This document shows positions 1-14,745 of a DNA stretch of 64,000 bases, one piece after another. The notes beneath the pieces were generated by a model. The model was not told where the DNA came from. It did not search any database and saw only the letters and a program-made list of their open reading frames with translations. The stretch is taken from contig JBODTK010000134.1 of NCBI GenBank assembly GCA_050613775.1, positions 310,001 through 374,000 of the forward strand, read 5' to 3'. The stretch comes from Neocallimastix sp. 'constans' (Eukaryota). The position numbers and the translations under genes were made by a program. Positions within the stretch are counted from its first letter, which is position 1. Each line of letters opens with the position of its first letter.

Positions 1-590
1 TATTCAATCTATACTTCATATTTATATTTCTACTATTTATTTTATTTTATTTTATTTTATTTTATTTTATTTTATTTTATTTTATTTTATTTTATTCAAT
101 CTGTACTTCATATTTATATTTCTACTATTTATTTTATTTTATTTTATTTTATTTTATTTTATTTTATTTTATTTTATTTTATTCAATCTGTACTTCATAT
201 TTATATTTCTACTATTTATTTTATTTTATTTTATTTTATTTTATTTTATTTTATTTTATTTTATTTTATTTTATTTTATTTTATTTTATTTTATTTTATT
301 TTATTCAATCTGTACTTCATATTTATATTTCTACTATTTATTTTATTTTATTTTATTTTATTCAATCTGTACTTCATATTTATATTTCTACTATTTATTT
401 TATTTTATTTTATTTTATTTTATTTTATTCAATCTGTACTTCATATTTATATTTCTACTATTTATTTTATTTTATTTTATTTTATTTTATTTTATTCAAT
501 CTGTACTTCATATTTATATTTCTACTATTTATTTTATTTTATTTTATTTTATTTTATTTTATTTTATTTTATTTTATTCAATCTGTATTT
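1..590. repeat. Compound minisatellite: ~37-bp unit TATTCAATCTGTACTTCATATTTATATTTCTACTATT followed by variable (TATTT)n
   Basis: Unit starts at about 1, 93, 180, 302, 359, 426, 493, with a partial copy at ~576; spacers are TATTT runs of different lengths. Confidence 0.95.
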
Positions 591-845
591 TCTGTTGATA
601 ATATAAAAAAGGTATTAATGTATAAATAATAATTAATAATATTTAAAATAAAATAAAAAAAATATAATAATTATTTTATATATGTAGTAATTATATATAT
701 ATATATATATTTTTATTTAATTTTCTAAAAAAAATTTTTTTAGTCATAATAAACGTTTGTCTTTTTTATTTTTATTATTATTTAGAAATTTATTTATTCA
801 TTTATAATTTATTTATTCATTTATTTATTTATTACATTATAATAC

Positions 846-920
846 GCCATGTTTTCCGAAATGTACTACAACAAAATACAAATTTATGTAATAAAAATTT
901 TCGAAATGACACACCCCCCT
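846..920. mobile_element. Probable right terminal inverted repeat of a MULE-like DNA transposon
   Basis: Reverse complement (GGGGGGTGTGTCATTTCGAAAA...GTAGTACATTTCGGAAAACATGGCGTA) matches, in two blocks, the left end of the MULE at 11177 (GAGGAATGTGTATCATTTCGAAAAGTGTTGCATTTCTCAATTATGGCTTA). Confidence 0.5.
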
Positions 921-1099
921 AGATTTATAGTTATACTAATATGTGGCTTATTATTATCATTGGTCATATATTTCACAATAAATACATTGAAATATATAAC
1001 ATCACTCCTTAAATTAATATGATTATAAACCTTAATATTTATATTTCTGACAAATTTTAATAATTTTTTAATTTTTTTCGAAATCCAAATAAAGTGAAA

Positions 1100-1710
1100 T
1101 TTTCCATAATATCTATAATATCTACATTTGATTAATTTAAATTAATAGAAGTAATAGAAAAACCATCATCATCATTATCATTACTAGCCTCTTATTGATC
1201 TTCTTTTCTTTTCTTAACCCTGTGAAAACTACAATCTTTATGGAAAGAGCGTATTTGGTTTTTGGATCTATCGTGGTTAAGTCATCTATTTCTTTTCCAT
1301 TGATAATATTATTAATAAATTTTAATATCACAATAAAAGAATTAGCTAGATCACTTGAAATCATGGGTAAAAGATTTAATGGGAAACTTAGTATACCAAA
1401 AAAAAGATCTAATGATGAGAATACTTAAGACGCTGTCAACTTATTACCAGCCGTAACATAAGCAATGAAAGATAAAGATCTAACAAGAACTGGAGTGAAA
1501 TTAAATTCGTTCCTATAAAATAATAAGTGTTTTTTTTTTAATACGAGATAATTATAATTAAATTAAATGAGAAAGATTAAACATTAAAATCACCTTAATG
1601 TACAAATTAATAAAGTTAAAATAATTGTTAATTGTAAAGGACCACTCCATAAATCATGAAGACAAGAATTTGAAGAAACGATATTTATTAGTTGACCTTC
1701 TCTATATGTA
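1100..1710 (-). pseudogene. ABC transporter subfamily C (MRP/YOR1-like) TMD1 pseudogene fragment
   Basis: Minus-strand translations YREGQLINIVSSNS..LHDLWSGPLQLTIILTLLI (~1595-1710) and FTPVLVRSLSFIAYVTAGNKLTAS*VFSSLDLFFGILSFPLNLLPMISSDLAN..EIDD..KYALSIK (~1230-1505) resemble ABCC TMD1 motifs. There is an in-frame stop, frameshifts, a large internal deletion and a residual GT-AG intron (~1513-1593). Confidence 0.75.
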
Positions 1711-1955
1711 TGTATTTATTATTATTATATCAATTGTATCAATTGAAAGTTAAAAAATTTTTTTTTAAAATAACAAAGAAATATTATATATAAAACTTTT
1801 CAAAAAAAAAAAAAAAAAAAAAAAGGAATAATAAAATAATAACAATAATAAAAATAAAAAAAATTGTAAAAAAAAAATTATTCTTGATCCTTATATTCTT
1901 ATATATATATATATATATGAATATAAGAATTAAAATTTTAAATAATAATAGTAAT

Positions 1956-1988
<33 letters not shown>

Positions 1989-2074
1989 TAATAATTAAAT
2001 TTTTTTTTGATAAAAAAAGAAATAGATAAATTTAATAATAAAATATTAATACTAAATTAAAATAAAAAATATAA

Positions 2075-2610
2075 TTAGGGATCTTTTGAGATTTTGAACC
2101 AAATTTTCCACTGTTATAATTTGTAACTCCACATTATTCTTAGACTAATGAACAGACAGAAAATAGAGATAGAGAAATAATTAAATTATTAAGGTATTTT
2201 TTGTCTTAATCATGAGAACTGGGATGGCTATTTTCCTGCATCTATATGAGCTGTTATCCTCCCATAATGTTTTCCCCTATAAATAAAGTTGGTATTCTCT
2301 GGCCATTGTAAGTATTTCTGTTGTTAGACTATATAATTGATAGTGTAGAGAGCAATTGATCTGTGAGAGGATTAATGTAGTTGTTCCTCCCTCGATAATG
2401 GTTTGAGAAATCATTGAAAATAATACCCTATAAAGCGATGTATAGGAAATGTCTTTAATATATTAATCTTGCTTAGAAAGAAATCCGCATCAACACTGAA
2501 AGGGTTCGGCAAATAATCCAATGAGAGACTGATACGTTTAAGGGAGATTGGTGATCCTGTTATCCTCACATCTCGTTAGTCTTTGTCAAAAAAAAAAAAA
2601 AAAAAAAAAA
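2075..2610 (+). mobile_element. 5'-truncated non-LTR retrotransposon (LINE) 3' remnant with poly(A)
   Basis: GC-richer island ending GTC+(A)n at 2588-2610; decayed terminal motif CGCATCAACACTGAAAGGGTTCGGCAA (RINTERVRQ) at ~2486-2512 related to the other copies. Confidence 0.65.
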
Positions 2611-4357
2611 GACCATATAAATTACTAATAATCATTAAAATATAATATTTCATATTTTGAAACAATTGATATATATAAATTTTTTGAAATTCATTATATA
2701 TTTTAAAAATGTCAATATATATATAAAGAAATTCCAATAGTACAAAATTTTATATTTTAATATTATAATAATTATATTTTTATAACTTCATAATAATATT
2801 AATATATAATTATTAATTATAAGAATTCTTATCATGAAATTATTTAATAATAATATTTATATATATTTATTTGATTAGAAATTTTTACTATAATAATGGA
2901 AATATAAAAATAAATAATTTTTAATAATTTTAAATCTTTTAGAATGATATTATTAGAATATGAAAATATTTTCCAAGAAAAGTTTTAAGTTTAATAATTT
3001 AATTTAATATTTTAATAGTTAATTTTATAACTTATAAGTCATAAAATTATAAATTTAAATTATTACAAACTATTATTATTTAATAAAATAAAATTTTAAT
3101 ATATAATATATAGATTAAATAATATATATACTTTTAATAAGACTCATAAAAACAATTTAAAATATTAACACAACTTAGTTAAAGGCAAAATGATGTATGC
3201 AAAAATATAAGAAATTATAAATTATTAAATTTAAATTTATTAATTCGTTCATATAACGATATGACCATAAAGATTAATTCATGAAGAAATTTATTTGAAA
3301 TGATGAAGAAATCACAAAACAAAATAATAATTCTAATTACTAATATTTCAAAAGAAAAATTATAATAAATAATCTTATTTAAAAAAAGGATTTTAATTTT
3401 TTTTCTCCAAAAAAAAACAATATATTTAATCTAAAATTAAAAATAAACTTAATAAATTCAAAATTTCTAAAAACATAGTTGTTATTTCAGAAAAACTTAT
3501 AAGGAATTTCTAAATATGTTTTTACCTGCTTGTCATTGCTGCCAATAAAAGAGCCATAATATACATTTTTCAAATAATGAACTTTCCAAAAAAAAAATTC
3601 TCTAATGAAATTTTATTAAATTAAAAAAAAATTATATTAATTAAGGAAAGTTCTAAATCTTTATTCTCTTTTAAAAACTGAAACTTTCCTTTAAAAAAGT
3701 AGCAAACAAATTTTTAATTTAAATAAGTTCCATAAATGAATATATCTAATTGTACTTAAAAATGATATAAACTCTGTAATATTAGTTGATGAAGTCCAAT
3801 TTATAACACCATTTAATTTTGTTTAATTCTTTATCCATGAGTTTGATTTTTTCACATTGGAAATGAAATATGTTAAATGATAAGTAATTAAATTAATAGT
3901 TTTCTGAAAAAATTACATATATTTTAGAAAGAATTTAATTAAATAAAAAATAACTTTTCATATAGAAAATAATTAATTAATTAAAATATCTATATATATA
4001 TATTACCATTTTTTGTGAGACATTTTAAATTATTTAATAAAAATCATAAATAGTCTACTTTGCCATTTATTTTTAAATCAAAATTATTAAATTTTATTAT
4101 TATTATTATTATTATTACTGTCAATTTTATGTAATTAAATTTAATAAACAATAATTAATTGTTATTAATTTTATACTATTTAAAATTATTTCTTATATAT
4201 ATAAAATAATTAAAATTTTTGTATTACTGAATGTTTTCTAATTAAAGAAAAAAAAAAAAAAAATGAAAAAATTAAAAATGTTATTTTATTTTTTTATACA
4301 AAAAAAGACAAAATAAATTTTTATGATATATAAATAATTGTATTTAATATATATATA

Positions 4358-5544
4358 ATGAAATTAAAAATATTATTTTGTTTGATAATACTTTTTCTTG
4401 TAAATAGAAGTAAATATATAAAAATAATAATATAAATATTGAATATACAAAAAACAGTAAATAATCATATTAAATATTATATATATATGAATACCTCTAT
4501 AAAAAAAATAGCATTACAGAAAACAATTATTTTAAAAGCAATAGCTTATGCAAAAGATGAAAATAATCAAATATTTACAGATAGTGTAAAAGAATTTAAC
4601 GAATATTCAAAAAAAAATAACTTAGATATTACATTGTACTTGAATCTTCTAACACGATCCAATTCTACAGGATTAAGTAATGATATTGGATCATCAATAG
4701 AAAATTTACTGGAAAGAAAAAAGAACAAATATGATTTATACTTTTATGAAAATTTGTTCACTCCACTATATAGTCCATATTTATATAATTTAAAAGAATT
4801 ATTATCAGAAGAACACATAAATTTATTTAATGAAAATATTTTAAATCAAACATGCTATTATCATAATAAATTAGTAGCACTAGTAAAATAATAATTTTAT
4901 ATCTATTGTATATCATGAATCATATTTTCAAAATTTTAAATTCGAATAATAATAATAATAATTTAATAATAATAATAATTTAATATTAATAATGATAATA
5001 ATTTAATAATAATAATAGTAATATATATATATAACCCTTTTTTTTATTTTTATAATACTTATAAATATAAAATAAAAATATTTTATAACATGGAAGCCCT
5101 TTGCCTTAAGATATACAGTACTCTATTCCAATCAAGAAATTCTAAATAAATATAACAGATCAATTCCTACAACTTGGGATGAATTAATAGACACAAGCCA
5201 ATTTATTATTGAAAAAGAAATTATTCAAAATAATAATACAGATTTAGTAGCCTATAACGGTTTATTTGATGGTTATTCTCAATGAAATTTATATATACAA
5301 ATATTTATTCTATTATTATAATTTGGATAATATATATATAGATATTAATAATAATTTATATAATAAATAATAATAATAATAAAAGACAGTGAAGAAGGAA
5401 TATGCTCTATTTATGAATTTATTTATTCTTGTAGAAAGTCAATTAATTCACCTTTTCCTAAATTAACAGGTTCAGCAAGTTTAAATGCACTACATTTAAT
5501 GAAAAAAATTAAAAATGAAATTTCCTCAGGTTAGAATGAAAAGA

Positions 5545-5613
<69 letters not shown>

Positions 5614-7248
5614 TAATAATAATTAATAATAATAATTAATAATAATAATATTAATCAGTTAATATGTTTTTAATTATAAATTATATTTTTTTAAGATAAA
5701 ATATTTTCTTCCAATGAAGATTTTACAATAGAAAGATTATTAGATGGAAATGCCATATTTTTAAAATATTGGTTTCTTTTTGATAGAGAATTTAAAAAGA
5801 ATGATGTCTATAAAATGTCACCGCTGCCTGGAATTTCCCAAGGTGTTTCTGGTTCAACAAGGTCAGGAGTTAATATTGGTATTGATAGAAACATACATGT
5901 GGAAAAATTAGATGCAGCAGTAGAAGCTTTTAAATTTATTACTTCTAAGAAATTACATAAAAAATTTTTAAAAGATCAACGAAACATGTCTGGTATAACT
6001 AGTTTCTATGAGGATGAAGATATTTGTATAAATATTAATTGTGATCTTATTAAAAAACTTCAACCTATCACAAGAATTACCAATATGACCTGGAATTTTG
6101 AAAAATATTATGAAAAATTTAGAACCAATATATATGATTACTTATATAGAGATTCAGAAGCCAAAAAAATTTTGAAAAATACCGAAGATCTTACTAAAAT
6201 ATATTATATTTCATTGGATAAGAATGAATCCTTCACAGGAATACTGATTATTGCTATTGTTATCACTCTTGCATTTTTGATGATGCTATCCTTAGTATGC
6301 CTCTTTATTAAAAAGTTTGACTTTGATTTTCTTCCGAAGGGATATTGGTTTATATCGATAATTGGGCTTATCTTTATTCTAATGTTATGCGTTGTTAAGC
6401 TAGGAAGAGTGACTGATTTAAAATGTCATTTATATACTTTGTTTATGACAGTGGGTTATACCTTTAACATTGTACCTATTCTCTATAAGTTAATTATTAA
6501 TTTCCCAGAAAATAATAAAGTATCATATTGGGTAAATCAACATAAATATCTTTTTTTTGTTCTTTTTGTATTTGTTGATTTGATATTAAATGGAATACTC
6601 TTTTTATTACCTCATAAAATCAAAATTGTTAATGTAATCGAAGGTGAAAATTTTGAAAAATGTCGTATGAATAATATGATTGGATCATTAGTGACAGCCT
6701 TACTTATACTCTATAAGGTTTTCATTATACTAGTAGTTTTAGTATTAATCTTTTCAGAATGGTGTCTTGAAAAAACAAAGTTTGAAATTCGATTCATTGT
6801 TTCAACCATTTATATAGATATTATTTGCATTATTATACTTTTATATATGCATTTTATTACAATTCGAAGTTATATTTCTTATCTTCTTATTAGAATAGGT
6901 ATCATTATAGTTATAGCCATTTCAAATTATATATTTACCTATGGCTTTAGATTAATAGTACCATTATTAAAGGAAAAGGAGAAAAATATATTAAATGGTA
7001 GTACCTTTAATTGTATAAAATCAACACAACAATATTCAGGTAACAAAGATTCAGAAAGTGGTACAATGACAAATAAATCTTCAGTTCTTTCAAAATTAGT
7101 TAGTTATCATTATAAACAATCTTCAAATGATAGTTTAAGTGATTCAGTTTATAGTAAAAGTGTTAAAACCAGTATTTTTTCAGGAAATGATCAACCGGTA
7201 GTTAGAGCATCAACAAATCTTATTATATGTACTAATAATGATGAATAA
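4358..7248 (+). CDS. Seven-TM class-C-like GPCR with N-terminal bacterial-type extracellular solute-binding (SBP/periplasmic binding protein II) domain
   Basis: Exons 4358-4409, 4512-4882, 5097-5271, 5386-5529, 5696-7248, all GT-AG and in frame. Signal peptide MKLKILFCLIILFLV; SBP motif LPFALRYTVLYSNQEILNKYNRSIPTTWDEL; about 7 hydrophobic helices; Ser-rich cytoplasmic tail. Confidence 0.88.
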
Positions 7249-7990
7249 TAATTACCTATATATTAATCCAAAAAATAATAATAATAATAATAATACTTAA
7301 AATTTTTTTTTAAAGAAAAAATTGTTTAATCTTATTTATCATTGTAATTATTAAAAATATAATGAAATAATAATACAATAATTATTTAAAAGATTATTTC
7401 ATTTAATTAATTACTATGTAAAATTAACAAATAATAAATATATTAATAAATTAAAATAAATAAATAAATAAAAAAGTGAAAAAAAAATAATAATAAATAA
7501 AATAAAAAAAAAATAAAAAAATAAAAATGATAAAATTATAAAATAATACGGTCTTTATCCATGCACAGACTTAATTAAATCTAGTATAGAATTTTTTTTT
7601 TTTTTTTATACTAGGAATAAATTTTTGTGTTGATATATTATAAAGATATACTTATTTTATTTATATATTAATCAATTGATATTTAAACTTATCAATATTA
7701 ATAAATAAAAAAAAATAATAGATATTATTTATTATCAACAATTTTACTAATAATATTTAAATACTATAAAAATTATATTTCAAAATTTTATAATTAGTAT
7801 TTTTTATTATTAATTAATAAACTTTTTTTAAATCTATGGTATATATTTTAAAAATTAAATTAATTTTTTTAATATATCTAAAAATGTCAAATCATGTATA
7901 TATAAAATTATTTCAAATAAAAAAATTTTTAATTTTTTTTTTTGGTTTAATATTATTAATAAAAAAAAGTATATAAAATATTATTCAAAC

Positions 7991-10261
<2,271 letters not shown>

Positions 10262-10402
10262 TATTATATAATAAATTTTTAAAATAAAAATAAAATAAAA
10301 CATAACATAACATAACATAACTAAAAAAAATATTAAACAAAAATCAAAAAATAAAACAAAACAAAACAAAACAAAACAAAACAAACAAAAAAAAAAAAAA
10401 GA

Positions 10403-10452
<50 letters not shown>

Positions 10453-10699
10453 ACAATAATAATAATAATAATAATAATAAAGAGAAGCAAATATCGAAAT
10501 AAAACTAGACTAGATTAATAATTATTGTTTGATAAAAAATAATCAATTTTTTAATAAGATATCTTTAATTCTAAATTAATATTCTAATTTTTTTACTGAT
10601 TCTTTTTTTTTTTTTTTTTTTTTGTTTTTTTTTTGTTTTTGAGATTGAAATGACTTTATTTGGGGGGAATGTCCGTTAATATCACATATATGATAATAA

Positions 10700-10923
10700 C
10701 TTCTATTATTCTTTTTATATCAATATTTTATTTTTTTTTATTGGAACTGAAGTTAGAAGACTTTTTATTTAATTTTGGATATTTTTCCTCTTGCTAAAGT
10801 AATCAATATCCATCGGATTAATCGGATTATTTCCAACTTTCATCATATGATCTTGCTAAAATAATTCTTTTAAGAGTTTCCAAGTAGTCATCTGGATTAC
10901 TTGTTCAAGTTGAATTGAATAAT

Positions 10924-10968
<45 letters not shown>

Positions 10969-11176
10969 TAATCATCTGTGAAGAATATTAAATGTATGTA
11001 TATTAATTTTTCTTTGTTTGTGATACTTTATTCAATTTTTTTTTGCTTCTATTAACATTTCCTTTGCTTTGTCTAACATTCAGATTACTTTGCTTTTTAT
11101 TCTCTGGCTTTAAACTTTTTAAGTCTTGTTAAGCCATTATTCTATATCAGCATTATTGTTTCCGTATTTTCTCTTG
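10700..11176 (-). mobile_element. Decayed LTR-retrotransposon gag remnant (3' part, copia-like)
   Basis: Minus-strand KYGNNNADIE*WLNK and ..NNPINPMDIDY (PMDID-type gag motif) with many stops; frame continues on the far side of the MULE. Confidence 0.5.
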
Positions 11177-12114
11177 GAGGAATGTGTATCATTTCGAAAA
11201 GTGTTGCATTTCTCAATTATGGCTTAAAAAATTTTTAATTGCTACATTATATAATTTTTATTAACTAATAAATAAATAAATAACTAAATAAATAATTAAG
11301 TAAATAAGTCTTTAAATATTTAATTATAAAATATTTTTAAATAAATAAATAATAAATAATAAATAGTAATAATAAATAATAAATAATAAATAATAACAAA
11401 TAATAAATAATAAATAATAACAAATAATAAATAATAAATAATAACAAATAATAAATATAATAAATAAATATAATTAATAAATATAATTAATAATTGATAA
11501 TTGATAATAAGTTTTCCAATTAAAAAAGAAAGATAATTCAAAGGTATATAGTATACTGAACATAGAACTTCAAATAAATGTTAAATCTTTTATTATTTTA
11601 AATGATAAGATGGAAATTTTAGAATATGAAATTCTACATAATCATCTTTAAAACGAATACGAAGCATCTAAATCATTAGTAAAAACATAAAATTAAAGAA
11701 ACAATAAAGAAAAAGTCCTTTTTCTTTGGATATTAGACCAAATCGTATATTTAATGAAATTTCTCAGGACATGGGATTAATATGAGATGAATTTAACTCC
11801 ATTAGAACCCAAATAATAAAAAGTTAAAATAAGCAATTACCTCCTGACATAACAATTATTGAAGAAATTCCAGAGGAATCAGAATATTATAAAACAGAAA
11901 ATGGTGATAAATTTTATGATATTCAAAAATTCTAATTTAATAATTTTTCAATCCCTATTCCAAACAAAAACTATTCACACAATGTAATGAAGATAAATTT
12001 GCAGATGATACATTTTATACTGCGCCAAAAATTTTAGATAACAAGTTTTCATTACTGGAACATATGTTGAAATAATAAATAGTTTTTACACTACTTCCAT
12101 TTCAATATTAAAAA

Positions 12115-12147
<33 letters not shown>

Positions 12148-12638
12148 AATCCACTTACCAAACATTATTTAAAGAAATAAAAAAAAAAAATGCAAATAAA
12201 TTTAATAACAGTATTGTTATTTCTCCAATTAATTTTCATTGTAACTTTGAAAAAGGCATATCAAATGCAACAAAAAAAATTTTTTTCCTTATATAAATAT
12301 CAAATGTTGTGTTTGGCACTTTAAAAGATCATTAAAAATTCAAAAAAATAGATTCTATTCTAATGAAATTGATAATAATAATAATTTATATACTTATTAT
12401 AAAGCTATTTCGAATTTTCCATTTATTAACCCTATTTATACACCAGGCGCTTACTCAAAAATAAAAAATACACGCAAAAAAAAAAATGAATATAATAATT
12501 TTTTAGAATTTTTAGAATATTTTAAAATCAACTATTTAAATAAATATAATGCAAATAACTGGAATTATTATAACAATATAAAACATATTACAAATAATGC
12601 ATCAGAATTTTTTAATAATTATTTAAATAATCTTTTCC

Positions 12639-12671
<33 letters not shown>

Positions 12672-12745
12672 ACTATTATAAATTAATAATAGTATTAAAG
12701 AAAGAAGGCCTTATCATATAATGATTACGATAGGTGAATTAGAGG

Positions 12746-12791
<46 letters not shown>

Positions 12792-13440
12792 ATTAATAGA
12801 ACTGATGAAATCAGGGCTTTAATTGAATGTTATAAAAAAAAAAGAAGAAAAATTAATTTGTATTGGATGTGATGATGATGATATAGTTGAATTATGGTAT
12901 GATTGTTTAATTCATATAAATAATATATAATACTAATTTTTTATAAATTAATATTTTTCTAACCTTTTTTAATTAAGATTATAATTTTAAAAGATATTAT
13001 TTTTCAGTTTTTTTTATAAATTAAATTTTAATTAAAACTTTTCCATTTGATAATAATTGTTTTGTTATTAATATCAATATCAGAATTACATTATATAGAA
13101 TATCAATATTTTATTTAGTTATTTTCATTATTAATATCAATATTAATATTATATAGTTTTTTTATTATTAATATCAATATCAACATTATATAGTATTTTT
13201 ATTTTATTAAAATTTTAGTAATAAAATAATACTAAAAATTGATAAAAGTTAAGAAAAAATATAAAAGAGTAATAATAAAACATTTTTAACATATTTATTT
13301 AACATATTTATTATTCTTTTTTTTATTATTTATTAAAAATATTAAATTATTATTTTATATTTTTTATTTAAATATTTATTTTATTTATATGTTTATTTTT
13401 TAAAAAATTTTTAAGCCACATTTTAGGAAATGCACACCTC
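11177..13440 (+). mobile_element. Mutator-like (MULE) DNA transposon with degenerate DDE transposase, TIRs and imperfect 9-bp TSD
   Basis: Broken frames give FADDTFYTAPKF (~11998), HCNFEKGISNATKK..IKCCVWHFKRS (~12237-12332) and WNYYNNIKHITNNASEFFNNYLN (~12560-12630), matching MULE D-D-CxxH-E motifs. Ends are inverted (TGCATTTCTCAATTATGGCTTAAAAA vs TTTTTAAGCCACATTTTAGGAAATGCACACCTC). Flanks TTTCTCTTG (11168-11176) and CTTCCCTTG (13441-13449). Confidence 0.85.
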
Positions 13441-13497
13441 CTTCCCTTGAGTCTTTCCATAATACAGTTACTGTAAGTTATAAGACTAATCTTTTTT

Positions 13498-13534
<37 letters not shown>

Positions 13535-13800
13535 GTATACATTTTTACTAATCATTAATATTAATTTAACCTCGATTTTATCAGACTCTTTGATAATTAG
13601 TCATATGGTTCTATTATTAAATAATGAATTTTAGAACATTATTGTTAACAACCGTTGAAGTGTTATTATTAACTGCCGGTAATGCATTATTGTGTATAAC
13701 AACCTGTACAACATTGTTGTTTTGACTTGGAAATAGGTTCTTGAACCTGAATTGGAGGTTTAGGTTGGTAATAATATCTATTAATAATATCAGATTAAGA
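13441..13800 (-). mobile_element. Decayed LTR-retrotransposon gag remnant (5' part, copia-like)
   Basis: Minus strand ..ESDKIEVKLILMISKNVYQK..TYSNCIMERLK joins RKYG across the MULE when the element and one TSD are removed. Confidence 0.45.
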
Positions 13801-14292
13801 ATATTCTTAATCTAATATATGTTGTCTATTTATTTAATATAATAATACTTTAAGGATTACGGTTAACAAGGAGAGAAGTGAGTAGTACGATTATGATATT
13901 ATATTATGTGAATAAGTTTGTTCACATTTGTGTAAGTTACACAAAAATGTTTAAAAGAATTGTTAACATAAATTTATATAATATAAAATGAAGCATAAAA
14001 CTAAAACATTAAGATAATTACACTTTATAAATTACATTATATTTTTTTTTTATTTATTTTATTTTAAACTTTTATTTCTATTTATCTTACAAAAAAAATA
14101 TTTAAAACTGTTAACAATATGTAATTATTATTATTATTATTATTATTTTTATTTTTTTTTTATTTTTTTTTTATTTTATATTTTTATATTTTTATTTTAT
14201 TTTATACTTTTATTTCTATTTATCTTTTTTTTTTTTTTTTTTTTTTTTTGATATATTACAAAAAAAATATTTAAAACTGTTAACAATATGTA

Positions 14293-14337
<45 letters not shown>

Positions 14338-14745
14338 TGAAATATTACATAATAAATATTTAAAAGTGATAATAAAAAATAAATTAATTTTTAATATTTA
14401 TCTATATATATTTTTTCATTTATAATTAAAAAATATCTATTTAAATTTTTATATGTAATAATTAATTTACATTATTTTTATTTTAATTACTATCGTTATA
14501 ACTACTATTAAAAATATAATTCATAATTATAATTATTTTATTAATATTTTTTTTTTATATTATTGTAACTTATTAATACTAAATAACAAATAAAATATAA
14601 TCGAATTACTTTCTATAAATAATCAATTTTAAAAGAGTTAATAAAATCAAAATTATTCAATTATTTTTATTAATTATAATAGGTATTTATTTATTTTTTT
14701 TTTTTTTTTTTAATATAAAAAAAAAAAAAAAATAGTATTTCATGA

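Noticed and set aside
1..590. CRISPR-like repeat/spacer appearance
   Set aside because: Spacers are only (TATTT)n microsatellite, there are no cas genes and the context is eukaryotic.
1195..1428. 77-aa plus-strand ORF
   Set aside because: Antisense shadow of the ABCC pseudogene fragment.
3480..3900. Possible further LINE ORF2 relic on the minus strand
   Set aside because: Only vague peptide resemblance; too decayed to support.
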